A stretch of DNA of 64,000 bases from contig OZ316891.1 in assembly GCA_973895155.1 (NCBI GenBank), positions 26,039,899-26,103,898 of the forward strand, given 5' to 3'. A program made the translations under genes and the position numbers. Shown here piece by piece: positions 34,401-47,760 of the stretch. Each line of letters starts with the position of its first letter. The first letter of the stretch is position 1. The stretch comes from Marsupella aquatica (Eukaryota; Plantae; Marchantiophyta). The notes under the pieces were generated by a model. That model saw only the letters and a list, made by a program, of their open reading frames with translations, made no database searches and was not told where the DNA came from.

Positions 34401-36639
34401 CCACCACATTGACGATTTGAACAGCAGAGATTAGAGACATGCATAACTTTACTCGTGGCCGGGTCGTGCTTAGCGAATGCCTCATCAGGTTGATTTTTCA
34501 CGCTACAGCTACTTGACTCTGTCAATCTGATTATCAATGGGTAGAGTAGATTCCATTTAAGCCCAGAATTTCAAGAATATTGGACAGATTGGACCAAACG
34601 GACAAAAGGCCTTGACAACACGAACGCGTCTCCCACACCAAAAGCGAATTATTGAGGAGCTGGTCTACAGGTACCATCCCAATTCCCACAAGCTCCCAAA
34701 AGACTAAAAGAGTGATTCGACTGTAGTTGGAGTCCCAGCCAGTTGCGTTCCAGTTCGATCACCTCTCAGCCTTCTCTGTCCTCAAACTCCTGCTAATAAT
34801 TTGACAATGCTCGGCAACTGGCCGAGTATTGACCTTCCAGAAATAATTGAACCACACGAGCTTGAACAAAATGAGTACAGTCCATGTGCGAATAAAGTAA
34901 TACAACTTTTAAGTTCTTTGGTACTAAAGATGTTTCAATTGACAAATATTCACAAATATATTTATTTTACAATTATATGTATTTTTTTCATTCTTAAAAA
35001 ATAATTGAATTTCATTCAAAAAGCCAACATATAAGGGGGTGACCCACAAAGGGGGTTGGCACCCAGGTGGACCCAAAGGTCATTAACCCACAAAAGCAGA
35101 GGGGCCAGCACCAGGGAAGATTAAGCATACCCAGAATGGGAGCTAAACTAGACATTAATAACTGCAGAAGGAGTGGCAAAACTCCAAAGACCGGCCAGTG
35201 AACACGGAACCAGTAGGGTACCCATCAGTGCATCCGTGATAGAGTCGCTAAAAACTATCGGCCTAACTTGCAGCATAGCTCCTCAACCTGAACACAGACC
35301 GAGAGGATTCATGGTGGTTGGGGGGAGGGGGGAAGGGGGGAACTGGTGGCACTTGGAGTATCTCCTCATGCATATCCCACAGCCCAACCCAGGTCCCATA
35401 GTTGAAGACATGTCATTGAGCGAGTCTGCAAAAGAGGAGGACAATTTTATGTTGTCATGGTTCATGTGTCAATAAACTACTGTAGTTTGACACTAATTAA
35501 AGATGTTTCAAATGACAATGCTCTCATAAAAAAATTTTGTATTTACAATTATGTGCAAGTTTCTTATAATTATGGCCAACAAGTTTTTTCTTATACGGTT
35601 TTTTTCTTCCATGGTCAACAAGTTTACCAAATAACTGGAGTGGCCATATATAAAAACAGTGACATATTATACTTACAACAAAAGTAAAAACAATATTTTA
35701 AATTGAACCCATCTTTAGTTACAATGTAATTAAAGTTTGTAAAATAACATTAAGTATCTCAAACCCAGAACTTTATTACTACTTCTTTAGAGATGATTCT
35801 TTGGTGATATCATCAACTACTACATGTGCAACAAGAGTGCCAACAAATTTGAAGGAGCGAATAAAATCTAGTCATATAAAATCCAGTGATTTTTTAGGGC
35901 AAAAGGAGGACCTAATATCTTGGGAAGGGTATCTTTAACAAGCTACTACAGTAGAGTCAGAATATAATTATGGTACATTCCAGAGTCTCTTTTTTTTCAT
36001 TCTTGGATTGTGGTCAAAAGGAGGGCCTATTCTCTTGGGGGGGGGGGGGGGGGGGGGGTTTAACAGACTACTAGAGGGTAAATGTTGGCGTGAAATTATC
36101 TACCACTATGATAAGGGATCCTCCCAAATCTATCCATCCTCCCTTTACAAAATTGAAAAAGGAGGTAACAAATTGTGCCTTCAAAATATTGTTATTGAGG
36201 GTTATTTAAGACTCTTGGATTGATTGAAATGGATGTCCAAAATTGTATTTTACGGACCCCCCATGAGAGGTCCCTTGCAAATTTCCTGTCACAAGGTTGC
36301 ACCACATCAGCACAACCAGCCACAAACAGGAACAATCCTATTTTTGACATTAACAAAAGCGCACATTCATGTTTGTGGCAAAAGCAACGTAACTTTTGGG
36401 GTGCCATGCCGTAAGTATTAAGCATAAAAAAACCAGCATACAAAGGAAAAGATATCATTTAGTAAAATAAAGTTATCATTCTGATGTTTGTCCGGGTACA
36501 TGTTTGTCAATGATATATCAATGTTTTATATCAAAAGGCTTGTATTTTCTTTAATTATTTGCAAGTTTGAAAAGACCAATCAACAGAAATGTACATAGTT
36601 AGAACCCCTTTGGCTCCCCATTGTAAAATTAAATAATCA

Positions 36640-37105
36640 ACCTCCTTACTACTTGATGAAATGTGTCAATGTTTGATTCATTGGAAAACTCAAGATCAAG
36701 ATTTAAAAATGCATGACCTCTGTAGTACTATCTTGATAAAATCTCTCAATGTCACACTCATTGGAAAGCTAGAGTAAACTTAGAAACTAATCATCTCCTT
36801 GGTACTTGACAAAATCTATGAATGTTAGGTTCATTGGAAAGCTATAGAAGTTTGAATACTCATGATCACTCTAATTCTTGACGAATACTCCCAATGTCAC
36901 ACATTAGAAAGCAAGAGAGATTGAAAACCTCATGATCTATTTAGTACCATGACAAAATCTGACATGAAATTTGTCAATGTTAGATTCAATGTTTGAAAGC
37001 TAAAAGAATTCATAAACTCATGATCAAAATTTCTTATTGTCACACTCATTGGAAAGACAAAGAAATTCAACAACTCATTTGAAACTTGACAAAATTTGTC
37101 AATCT
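36640..37105. repeat. Degenerate minisatellite-like array (~8 units)
   Basis: Recurrent cttgac/gat-aaaat...caatgt(cacact/tagatt)cattggaaag...ctcatgatc. Confidence 0.75.
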
Positions 37106-40100
37106 GAGGCTCGCAAACCCTTTCTCGATTAAGAGATATCACAATCTTGTCACCATCACCAACTTAGCCATTGCAAACAAGATTGCCAAATTGATTTCTT
37201 TGATTACGTCATCATCGCTTATCCACAACACTTGCTTGAATTATTTGTGTCCCTCCAGTTTTCAACTGAAGCTCACTCTAAACATAGGTTGACGCCAAAT
37301 GCAGCCTCTATGTCAAAGAAATAATTGTTGGTCTCCCCCTCACACCATAGCTTGTTGGGGGATAATCCTTATCCCGAAACACCATGCACATGTGAACACC
37401 ATGCATACAAAGTAGGCGACACAACGAGTATGTGGTTCACGTCTCGACTGAGGCTACGTCCACGGGAAAGCAAGAGACCTCTATTTCTCTCTTGCCCAAC
37501 TCTAACAATGAACTGAAGATCCACCAGTGGCTGATGCATCACTGCTAACCTTAGCTAAGTCTTGACCTGAGTTAGCCTAACGTTAATCCTAGAGTTACAA
37601 GACTAAAAGCAATACTCAACGTAGCTTTCTTAAATTAAAAAAATTACAAATCCTTCATGTGAAGTGATGGCTCATCCGTTTTGTGCGTTCTTTCCACCAA
37701 ATCGACAACCGCTCTTTCGCCAACAGCTAAGTGTTGTCTTCCAGTCGTGTGGCAATAATGTTCAATGTAACTCACAAACAATCAATCAGGAATGGTAGAA
37801 ACACGATTTCTCTAATGTGTAAGCAAAAACTGTCAAAAAACTCAATTTCTTCACATTCAACCTTCCGTTCGATAAATCTCTTGTATCTTTTGAGAGTTCT
37901 CATTTGAGCACACACCAAAACCATTGGTTAGTGTTTTGTTGAAAATTGATTTCACTTCATCACACACATATTCTTTGGATGAATATGGGGGTCCACGAAT
38001 TAATTGAAGATAGACTATATTAAGATATCATACATGTGCTACAGTAGGATTTTTCAAAGTAAGATTGAATTGGCATGGAGCATCAAAGTAAGATTGAATT
38101 GAGATAGAGATTTTTGGCAGGGAGCCCATACGGGGCAAATAAATTGACATCCAAAGGGTTTCAGCTTTTGCTTTAAGAGAGGAATTTCTATTTTGTCTTT
38201 TTTCCTAGTTTTTGTCTCTCATTAATGATATTGAAGATAGGAAAAAGGGAAGAGGGAGGGACGAGGCAGGGGAGGGCAAGGTAAGCAGACAAGGTGGACC
38301 ACAGTTTATACAAAACTGAACAAACAAAGCACAACGTCAGAAAGCAAAAGTAATACAAAGAGTAGAAACACCAAACACTAAAAAGGAGGCCAATATAACC
38401 CAAAACCAAGAAGAAGAAGGAGAAAGAGAACTACCCATTCACTGTTGTGATGAATCAATTGTCCTCAGCTAAAAGAAATGTGTCAAAAGCTAGTGATGTA
38501 CATCTAATGTCCTGACTAAGATTTTAAATGGGACAAAGATATCCTGAGGCACACTAGCACTCACTCTAAAAAGTGAACCATAAATCAATAAGTGATGACA
38601 ACCAAACACATGTTAGTTTCATTTCCTCCTCCCCCCCCCCCCCCCCCCAGCACACCCCCCCCAAAAAAACTGCAGTAGGTTTATGGCCCCGCCTAGGTAG
38701 AGTGATCTTACTCTAGATCTCTTCGGAATAAATACTGAATGTCCCGATTTTCATACCAATCGTGTGTGTCGGTGTATGTGTGTGAACATTTTGAAATGCC
38801 ATTCATTACCTGTATGATTGTTGTGTGTGTTGTCGTGTGGGCCGTGTTGATTATAATTACCTTCTACCAACACGGTCTTGGAAATCGGACGTCTATAGAT
38901 AATGATGATTGTCATACGTGAATCTTTCGTGAGGCGCACCTGGGCCCCACCTTCAGCCATGTACGTGCTACAGCCTTATATTACATGAGGGTATTTAAAT
39001 TTCCCTTTTCCCTCGTTTTTAGAACGCTTGTTCTGTGGCTCTGCTCGATGAGGTAGTACACGGGGACGACTGTTCGAATTACTTCTTAGTCTTTTTTGAA
39101 TAAATAAATTCTAACAATATTGCAATTGGCCTCCAGACCAAAAGAATGCCAGTTTCACTAGTGGAAATTTCGGAAAACCTGCATGAAAAGGCTCACCAAC
39201 GTTACAAATAGTCTAGTGTTTTATACAAGCTCTCTTATAAATCGGAGGTTATGGCTGTTGAGGCAATTTGGCTAAGCGAGCCAAACCAATGACTTGTTCA
39301 ACCCATGAATATCCTAACCTCGTTTACCCTCCAGCTTGAGTTTTCTTTGTTTAGTTTAGTGGCATCCACCTATTTTTGTCTCCTAGTTAATGTAAAATGA
39401 CTCAAAACATGTTAGGTTATGCCTCCAGTATAATATGTTTATTTTGGTAATATTAGTTAGGTTTCATCAAATTAGGATAGCATTTATTTGAGTTCCAGAT
39501 TCACATAGCCATGAGAATATTTATACCCAAGAATACCCTAATTTGGACTTCCAACTCTCTAAGTTACTTTCTGGCCAGCAGAATTCCTCTTCAATGAAGG
39601 TATATGTTTGATGGACTCCTTAGGTGAAAACCCTGCCTTCATGGACTACATGGTCGCATCGACAGGTTCATTGGTGACAATTTGGACGGCCATGCAAAAT
39701 TCTGTGCATGTGGTTTCCTGAGTTTTCTATATGGTTCTAACGTTCTAACCACATCTTTGCAGTAACTATTTATTGCACAAAAGCACAGTCCACCATGATC
39801 AATACCTAGTGCCATCGACACAGTTCAACCACGGGATGCAGAATTAAGGTAGACTCCTTTTTTGTGAAGACATATTCGGCTGTCTTTGGATGGTTTTTGA
39901 ATTTAAGGTTGTGTGAACTTACAACTTACCTTGTCACCAGGGAACTGGTGCTCAATGCAGTTTGGAATCTTTTGATACAGTTGGTTGGCATCTTGTGTTA
40001 TCTTGTGTCAAGCTACCCGTCAGGTCAAACCGGCTGCTGGATGAAAGAAGGCTCCCCAAAAAAACAAAAAAGAACATCCTGAAAGAGTTGACACATGGGA

Positions 40101-40220
40101 GGCCTAATCAAACAATTATTAAAAACGAAGAGGTCCAACGGCTTGGGCAGGCACCCTTCCCAAGAAGGCCAAAGCTCCCCCCCCTCCTCCCCCCCCCCCC
40201 GCCCCTGCCCTCTTTCCCCT

Positions 40221-40620
40221 GACGCAGTCAAACAACTCGAGTAAAATATGGGCGCCTCCCAGTAGTGTAAACTGTGTTATATTGTGAAACCTCATTACCT
40301 CATGCCTCTTTGGAGATTTATCGTACCTGCAGTCATCGGTCAGTAAAATGAAATGAACAACTCTAGTCAGTCCGTCTGGCGCAGTCTAAGAACTCAACTA
40401 AAATAGTGGCGCCACCAATACTGTAAAACACTGGCTTGTATTGTGCCCCAGCTCTACATGGAGGGTCCCTTTGGGGATTTAGCGTCCGGCCGGTCATCAG
40501 CCCGTAAAATTATAGCGCCTCAAGTCAGTCCGTCTGACGCAGTCTAACAATTCAACTAAAATAGTGGCCCCACACCAATGCTGTAACACCTTGTAATTAT
40601 CATATTGTGCCTCAGCTCTA
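40221..40620. repeat. 157-158-bp tandem repeat, ~2.5 copies
   Basis: g.cgcagtc.aa.aa.tc...taaaata starts at 40221, 40378 and 40536. Confidence 0.8.
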
Positions 40621-41465
40621 ACATTCCGCTTGTGGGGAATGGTCATTTAAAAAATTTCAAATCAAAAAGTTTTCTCAATCTGTTTTTCTAGGTATTCCAC
40701 TTGTACCTAACATGTGTTCACTGCCCATTTCAAACAGATTATGCCTTTTTGGGGTATTTGCTTTATATGAAAAATATCAGGTTCTTGGAGTTGAGTTTCC
40801 TCTCCACTCTGGAATTTGCTTGCATGCTTTTCCATCCCTTTGTTTCCAGATGGACATCCATGTTTGCCATAGAAATAGGATAGATTTTTGCAACCCAGAT
40901 GGATTGTAGTGAAATTGACTATTTCCTTTTCTTGCCACATTTTCACTCCTCGGAAACGATATCAATGAGTGAAGGTGTCAAACTATCATGGTCCATGGGG
41001 GTTACGTGGCTCACCAGGGCTCAGTCAATGTGAGCATCATTTTCATTTTTTGAGGTCCAATTTTGACCCTTGGGTGCCAAATGTTTTTGATAATTCTTTA
41101 TTAGGGCTCAAACTAGATTAAAAGAATCTCCAATCCAATTGGGTTTTGCTTATAGGGTATATTAAATGCCCAGTCTCACAAGTTCTTTTTTTTTTAGTTC
41201 ATTGTACATGCGTATTATGACCAACTGGAAAGCAACCCCAACCCTTACGTTATCATTTTTCTTAAACAACAGACTCTAAGTGTGCGCTTACAAGCCTTTG
41301 AATATACTAAAATTCTGGCCTCAGGCTGGCCTCAGGAGGGGGGTGAAATAAGGGGGGGGGGGTGAGATATGAATCTCTCCTCCACTTGTAGAGTGTCATA
41401 GCTAACTGCAACTTAAGGACCTATTTCTCGAGGACCTTCTAGAGCCAAGACAACCAAATTACTAA

Positions 41466-41682
41466 GGTAAACTAACTGCACCACCCAACACTGCCTTTTA
41501 TATCGTGCCCCAGCTTTCCGTGCTCAGAACGGCCCTAAGAATATGGTAAACTAACTCCGCCACCCAACACTGTATTTATATCGTGCCCCAGCTTTCCGTG
41601 CTCAGAACGGCCCTAAGAATATGGTAAACTAACGGCGCCACCCAACACTGTATTTATATTGTGCGCCAGCTTTCCGTGCTCC
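41466..41682. repeat. 78-79-bp tandem repeat, ~3 copies, upstream of the LRR-RLK
   Basis: ggtaaactaac..c.ccacccaacactg..tttatat.gtgc.ccagctttccgtgctc starts at 41466, 41545 and 41623. Confidence 0.92.
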
Positions 41683-41743
41683 TTCGCAATTTTAGCGTGC
41701 CTGCCGTCATCAGGCACGCAGTAGAAGAACCTAGTCAGTCGGC

Positions 41744-41776
41744 CCGTCCGTCCGTCCGTCCGTCCGTCCGTCCGTC
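41744..41776. repeat. (CGTC)n microsatellite
   Basis: About 8 perfect cgtc units. Confidence 0.9.
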
Positions 41777-42987
41777 GGCCGGTCGGTGAGAGTCACGTAC
41801 AGAGCCGCAGTGCGGGAAGTCTTTGAATGCGCGCCGCCGAAGCCTAGAGTAGTAAAAGTCTAGTAGTAGGAGTAATAATAATAGTAGGAGTAATGTAGCA
41901 GACTAGCAGCAGTCTGGAGTCTGGACGACTGGACTCTGGAGACCAGACGTCCAGAAGAGACAACCCAGTAGTGAGACCCACCGCAATCCCGCATTGCTCT
42001 GCTTTGGGCATTCCAATCTCGAGCACACAGCCTGCATCATTACTGCTGTACGAGACAGGTCTGCTGTTGCCTGTTGCCGACTTGCCGCTCTGTGGAGTGC
42101 GGAGGCGAAGGAGACGAAGACGAGAGGTGAGAGGAGTGAAAGGAGTGAAGGGAGTGACAGAGCCGTGTTGAGATCATGCCGTTGTGTGTGGTGTGGGGTT
42201 ACTTTAAGAGAGTTTGGGATTGAGGGGCTTTCTGTGATCTTTCGTGAATCTGTGTGGATGGAGATTGGCGTGTGACGAGCTGTGAGCTGTTTGTTGTTGT
42301 GGGCTTGGCTTGGCTTGGCTGGGCTAGCGGGCGGAGAGAGCGCGGTCGTTGACAGATTTGGGATCGTTCTTTTCGTGGAGGAAGGGCGGGCGACTGTGTT
42401 TGGGGTTTGACTTCTGAGTTGCTTCATCGGTGGGGTATGACTGAGCGTGTGTGTAATGGTTGATGTTTCGGAGCCCAGGAGCCGTGTTGTAGCGGATTGG
42501 AGTAGAACATTGCGGTGAGGAAGCGGAGAAGGTCGAGGGATTAGCATTGCGGAGAAGACAGCTGTTGGACTGGTGCTAGAGACGATCCTGGGACAGTGTT
42601 AGGTGTTGTTTGGCTTTGATTTACGAGATTGGAGACTCGGGATGCCGGCGAGATGCTTGAGGGCGGCGGAGGGGGAGGAGGAGGAGGTGGCCGGCGATCG
42701 GGTAAGATGAAGCGTTCATCGGATTCTGGAGATTCTGTGTTTGACAGGGGTGGAATGATTTAGAGTGCTGTGTAATTGTATAGAGTTTTCGGTTTAGTAG
42801 TTGGGAGGAGATCCTTCAAGCGTTTGGGCAGTGGAAGGGTTGCAAACGGAGTCAGCAGTGGGATCCAGCGGTGGCTCGCTCTCGCTGTAAATTTTTGGTA
42901 TAGGCGCACAGGTTCGGGCTTTACGACGAGCTGCCTTCTCGAGCGAAGGATTCCATTATCTCAGTAGAGTTCAAGCGACTGCTTGTG

Positions 42988-45303
42988 ATGACGTTTCTTA
43001 GAGCGTCGGCAGGCTTCCTCTTGCTCGTTCTGGCGACATCTATGTGGATCGGGTTTCGAGTGCAGGGGGCGCAGCAGCCGACAAATGGCCGAACCAAGGA
43101 AGGGCAAGCTCTGGAGGCATTTTTCAATTCTACATGGCCGAGTTCTGATTTCCAGTCGAACAGAACTTGTGACTGGAATGTCACACTCATAGTGTGCGAC
43201 AGCCTGACTCGCAAAGTCATTAGTTTATACCTTTCGGGGATCGGTTTGGCTGGAGACATACCTACTTTGACGATCTCGAATTTAACCGCATTGGAGCATT
43301 TGGACCTTTCCTACAACCATTTGAATGGCAGTCTACCAGCGGTCGGCCAGCTCGCCAACCTTACGGATATGAATCTTCGCGGAAACAATTTCACGGGACG
43401 GCTTCTTGACAATAATTTGCCTCCCGGTCTTGTGAACTTAGATCTCAGTGGTAATTCACTCCAGGGATCGTTCCCTTTCTCGTTGACCAACCTCAGCAGC
43501 CTCAAGACACTGAACCTTGGGAGCAATTCTCTATCGGGCAATGTGACTGGCCTCATTGACTCTCTCAAGTCCGTGGCGTCTCTTAACGTACTAGATCTAT
43601 CCGCGAACAAATTCTCAGGTGGACCTTTCCCCTCGGATCTCAGTCGTTTAGGGAGTCTAAAAACTCTGAATCTTGCAAGCAACGACTTCTCAAAGCACCG
43701 CTTCCCCATTCTACCAAATGCAGGACTACAGAACTTGACTCTTGCCGGTACGAACCTGTTTGGAAGGATTCCAGATTCGATATGCAACATCGTTACGCTC
43801 ATGATACTCAATTTGGCTGATAATGACCTGAGTGGGAATGTACCGCCGAAGATCGGAAACCTGAACAAGCTCCTGATGATAGATTTGTCTAGCAATAAGC
43901 TAAGCGGGCAGTTGCCTGCAAACATGCAGAACATGACTCTTCTGCGCACTTTGAATGTTTCATACAACGATCTCAGCGGTCCTCTCCCCACTGGAACTCC
44001 GTTCAATACATTTTCCGCAGCTGATTTCCTAGGGAATCCGGGTCTTTGCGGATTCCCTCTTTCCAGATGTCCTGTCCTAGCTCCCGCAGCGTCTCCAATC
44101 AGTGGGACATCCGGAGGTAAATCGTCAAATATCGGTGCGATCGTTGGAGGTGTCGCGGGTGGATTCTTCTTCATCGTATTGGTTGCTGCAGCGCTGTTCT
44201 TCTGGTGTCGACATTCGAGAGCTGTGAAACCTTTGGCGAGAGATGAAGCCAGGCATGTTTCGGGACCTATGCTGTATGAAAAAGATGCAGAGACGTGGGC
44301 GACTGGAGTCGCGAGTCCTGGTTGCATCTCGGTTTTCATGTTTGAGAAACCTCTTCTCAATCTCTCATTTTCAGATTTAATGCAGGCTACTGGGAATTTC
44401 AGCAAGGAAATGCAAATTGCCGATGGTGGTTATGGGCCTGTGTATAAAGGGGTTTTACACGATGGTACCCAGCTAGCTGTGAAGGTGCTTGTTGATGTGG
44501 GGTTCGCGAACGATAAAAGTGCTGTAGAAAAGATTGAAGGTCTGGCTAAGGTGAAGCACCCTAACCTGGTGTCGCTCGTGGGTTACTGTTTGGTCCGAGA
44601 CGATAGCCTACTCGTCTACGAGTATATGATACATGGCGACTTGCAGCGATGGCTTCATGAGCTTCCCGAAGACACTGCCAACCCAGAAGACTGGAGCCGA
44701 GATAAGTGGGAGCACTCAGATGCGGTTGAAGATACTGGGGATTATCTTAATTGGCCTACACGTCACAAAATTGCCCTCGGAACAGCGAGGGCCCTGGCCT
44801 TTCTGCATCACGGGTGCTCTCCTCATATAATACATCGTGATGTAAAGTCTTCTAACATCCTCTTGGACGAAAATTTCGAGGCACATTTGGCGGACTCAGG
44901 GCTGGCTGGCATTGCGAGAGTGAATGGAACTCCCATCATAGGAGGGACCTTAGGATACGTGCCTCCTGAATACGGGCAAACATGGCAGGCCACCACCAGG
45001 GGGGACGTGTACAGTTTTGGTGTTGTTTTGTTGGAGCTCGTCACGGGACGAAAGCCGACGGGACAATACTTTCACGACAGCTATGGAGGAAATCTAGTTG
45101 GGTGGGTCCGTTCAATGATCAAGCAAGACAAACGAGGGCAAAAAGCTTTGGATTCTAAGCTTGTTAGTCGGGGCCATGTCCCAGAAATGCTGGAGGTCTT
45201 GAGAATTGGGTATCTATGTACTGCGGAGACTCCAGCGAAGAGGCCTACTATGCAGCAGGTCGTCGGCCTTCTGAAAGATTTACAATCTGGTCCCATGTCT
45301 TGA
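42988..45303 (+). CDS. Intronless LRR receptor-like kinase (771 aa), resembling the At2g24230/MEE62 group
   Basis: Signal peptide; ~10 LxxLxLSxNxLxG repeats; GNPGLCG cap; TM helix; FEKPLLNLSFSDLMQATGNF; AVK; the group-typical EDWSRDKWE insert; HRDVKSSN; GTLGYVPPEY; GDVYSFG. Confidence 0.95.
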   Translation: MTFLRASAGFLLLVLATSMWIGFRVQGAQQPTNGRTKEGQALEAFFNSTWPSSDFQSNRTCDWNVTLIVCDSLTRKVISLYLSGIGLAGDIPTLTISNLTALEHLDLSYNHLNGSLPAVGQLANLTDMNLRGNNFTGRLLDNNLPPGLVNLDLSGNSLQGSFPFSLTNLSSLKTLNLGSNSLSGNVTGLIDSLKSVASLNVLDLSANKFSGGPFPSDLSRLGSLKTLNLASNDFSKHRFPILPNAGLQNLTLAGTNLFGRIPDSICNIVTLMILNLADNDLSGNVPPKIGNLNKLLMIDLSSNKLSGQLPANMQNMTLLRTLNVSYNDLSGPLPTGTPFNTFSAADFLGNPGLCGFPLSRCPVLAPAASPISGTSGGKSSNIGAIVGGVAGGFFFIVLVAAALFFWCRHSRAVKPLARDEARHVSGPMLYEKDAETWATGVASPGCISVFMFEKPLLNLSFSDLMQATGNFSKEMQIADGGYGPVYKGVLHDGTQLAVKVLVDVGFANDKSAVEKIEGLAKVKHPNLVSLVGYCLVRDDSLLVYEYMIHGDLQRWLHELPEDTANPEDWSRDKWEHSDAVEDTGDYLNWPTRHKIALGTARALAFLHHGCSPHIIHRDVKSSNILLDENFEAHLADSGLAGIARVNGTPIIGGTLGYVPPEYGQTWQATTRGDVYSFGVVLLELVTGRKPTGQYFHDSYGGNLVGWVRSMIKQDKRGQKALDSKLVSRGHVPEMLEVLRIGYLCTAETPAKRPTMQQVVGLLKDLQSGPMS

Positions 45304-46879
45304 TCTTGTAAGATTCTTTCCAAAATTCCTGGCCTGTCATTCCAAAGATTGAATTAGGTGTAGGCTCCAACAGGCTGGAAGGTGATGTACTCCTCGTCTT
45401 GGGAATTTCACCTGGGACCGATCCACTGTTCATGCTTTGCATGTGGCTGTACCCCATCCGACCTCCAATTCAGGATGATTTTTCTATACGTGAGTACTCG
45501 ACAAAGTAGGCTGCAAGCGCAGGTCACCCATTTGTGGGGGTTTCACACCTTCGCTGAAGACCTTCCCTGAATTGAAGGCACAGTTCAGGGTGCTGGGAGC
45601 AGGCTGTAACATTTAAATCTTCTTCTAATGATATTCTCCATCATGGATTGAATTATCGGCTTCGAAGAAGTCTTTTGGTTTGATATGCTGTTTAGTGTTC
45701 GTACTGAATACCGGGTAGACTTTGAGGCAACATTTGTGGACGATGACTGCCTGTAATTGTATCCCTAGTTAGCTCCAAGCATCTTGTAAGGAGCACTTGA
45801 TCTCCTGGCAATCTGCAGGATGCATCTTACCAGCCGTTTCCCTCCCGTGGAAGATTTTCTTGTGAAGGAAAGACCTGTTCGTGATATAGACAGCCTACTT
45901 CAGAGCACAGCCTTGGAAGAGTTAACAATTGTTGCCTGAATTCTGGGATATTCATATGTTTTGGCGGTGCGAGTTCAATTTGCATTTTCAGAATTGTAGC
46001 ATTGCAGCAGCTGCTGAATGCCTTCTAGAGGTCTGCCTGTTATTGTGCATCTTACTCGCAGCCGTTCTTTGCTTATAAGGCAGTTCCATATGTTCTAGCG
46101 ATCGTTTTGAAGTAGTCGACTCCAGAACTAAGAAATTTTGGTGCAGCACGTAGCTTGAAGATGACGGGGTGTTGTTCTTCATTCCTTTCGGCAAACACAC
46201 CCCACACAATTTTGATTACCATAATAGTTAGGAAGTCATGTGAGTGATGCAACGATATAACAGATCGTATACTACCCAGAATCGAAACGTAGAATTGTCA
46301 AGGGCTACTCCCATTTCATATGAAGTCATCCGACGTCTTCTTGAATACCTTCGTTATGCTTCTGTTGAAACTAGCACGAGTGACTTTTGAAGTGTTGCAG
46401 GTTTTTCCTAGAGTAGTAATGAAAACCAATTCAGCATTACTGACCTCATTGATCTTATCTAGCCTCGCGAAAAGATGTCGCCCAGTGGTCTTTTCACAAC
46501 TCACTTGTGTAATAGTAAAGCACTCTTTCCAGGACTTGAATCTGGCCCCTGATTTTTCATTTGTATTTGGCAGTGAAAATATTTAGTTGAATGGTTCGTG
46601 AACGGCCAGAGCACAGGTGTGAGCATGACTGAACTCGTTTTCGATCCTACCTAGACTCGCGAAAATATATGCCCAGGTTGACTTTTGACCACTCAGTTGC
46701 ATAGAGTAAAGCACTCTTTCCAGGATTTAAAGCCGTCCTGGAATTCTCATCTGTACTTTGCAGTGAATATATCTAATATAATATAATGTGTCGAGATTGC
46801 CCTGGGCACGTGGGTGAATCTTTGGATAGATCTTCTCTTCTAACATACTCCAAGTCTCTCTTCAAACATACTGAAAGTA

Positions 46880-47760
46880 GGAACATCCCAAGTTGGGCTC
46901 CAAGCATGAGAGCTCTCTAATGAGGTTCATCTGAGCTGGGCTCCCTAAATTGTAAAGCACTCTCATGACAGCAACGTCCCCAGGCTGGCTTTATATGTGG
47001 CTTCATATGTGACAATGCTCTCAGTGGGAGCTTTTCTATATTGGCTTTATCTGGGACAAAGCCCTAGTATGAGAGCTTTATTATATTGGGTTTATCCGGG
47101 ACAATGCCCTCATGCTAGAGATTTACTATATACAATACAAACTCATTGTGGGAGCGAGATGACCTCAGGCAGGCTAGGACAATGCCCTCATGTGAGAGCT
47201 TTAATTACTATATACAATACAATAAACTCCTCATTGAGGTAGCCAGATGACCTCAGTCAGGCTGGGACAATCTACAACTATAATAAGGGATTCCCATTTG
47301 TTTTTGTCCTAGGGAAGGAGCAAGAGGGTGAACTCAGGGCTGGACAATCTACAACTATAATAAGGGATCCGTCATTTTTCGTCCTTTGTCCCAATACCAA
47401 AAAGCTCCTGGGTGGGAAAGATCCTCAGCCTTTGGATTTGATTAGTTGTTTTCCCTGACCATTGATGGAAGAAATGTGCACCCTTAGCACATATGTGCTT
47501 TCCGCTGCCCCATAAATGCTCTGACCCGACTCCCTATGGACCGGCTCTCCTTGCACAGTGCAACACACTGGCATAGGGCTAATGGCCTCATGTTAGACAA
47601 TGGCCTCATGTAAGAGCTTCAGTATTTACAATAACCTCCTCAGGGTGGGAGTGCGAGGGTGACCTGATGCAGGCCTGACATTGGGCTTTATCTGGGACAA
47701 TGATCTCATGTGAGAGCTTTACTATAATTACGAAATGAGCTCTTGAGGGGGAGAGAAGAT
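46880..47760. repeat. Degenerate repeat region (probable TE remnant)
   Basis: Repeated ggctttatctgggacaatgccctcatgtgagagcttt and gacaatctacaactataataaggga motifs. Confidence 0.6.

Noticed and set aside
33950-34890. Coding-like composition on the minus strand
   Set aside because: Only short ORFs and no domain I can recognise; needs BLASTX.
36037-36058. Long G run (also C runs at ~38630 and ~40190) as functional G-quadruplexes
   Set aside because: Isolated homopolymers in repeat-rich intergenic DNA with no supporting context; their lengths are error-prone.
41903-42547. 214-aa S/T/P-rich minus-strand ORF
   Set aside because: Non-ATG start; its composition simply mirrors the G/T-rich leader of the RLK.
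43311-44405. 364-aa antisense ORF
   Set aside because: Shadow of the LRR-RLK. The antisense ORFs over STP, RPL8 and the LINEs are rejected for the same reason.
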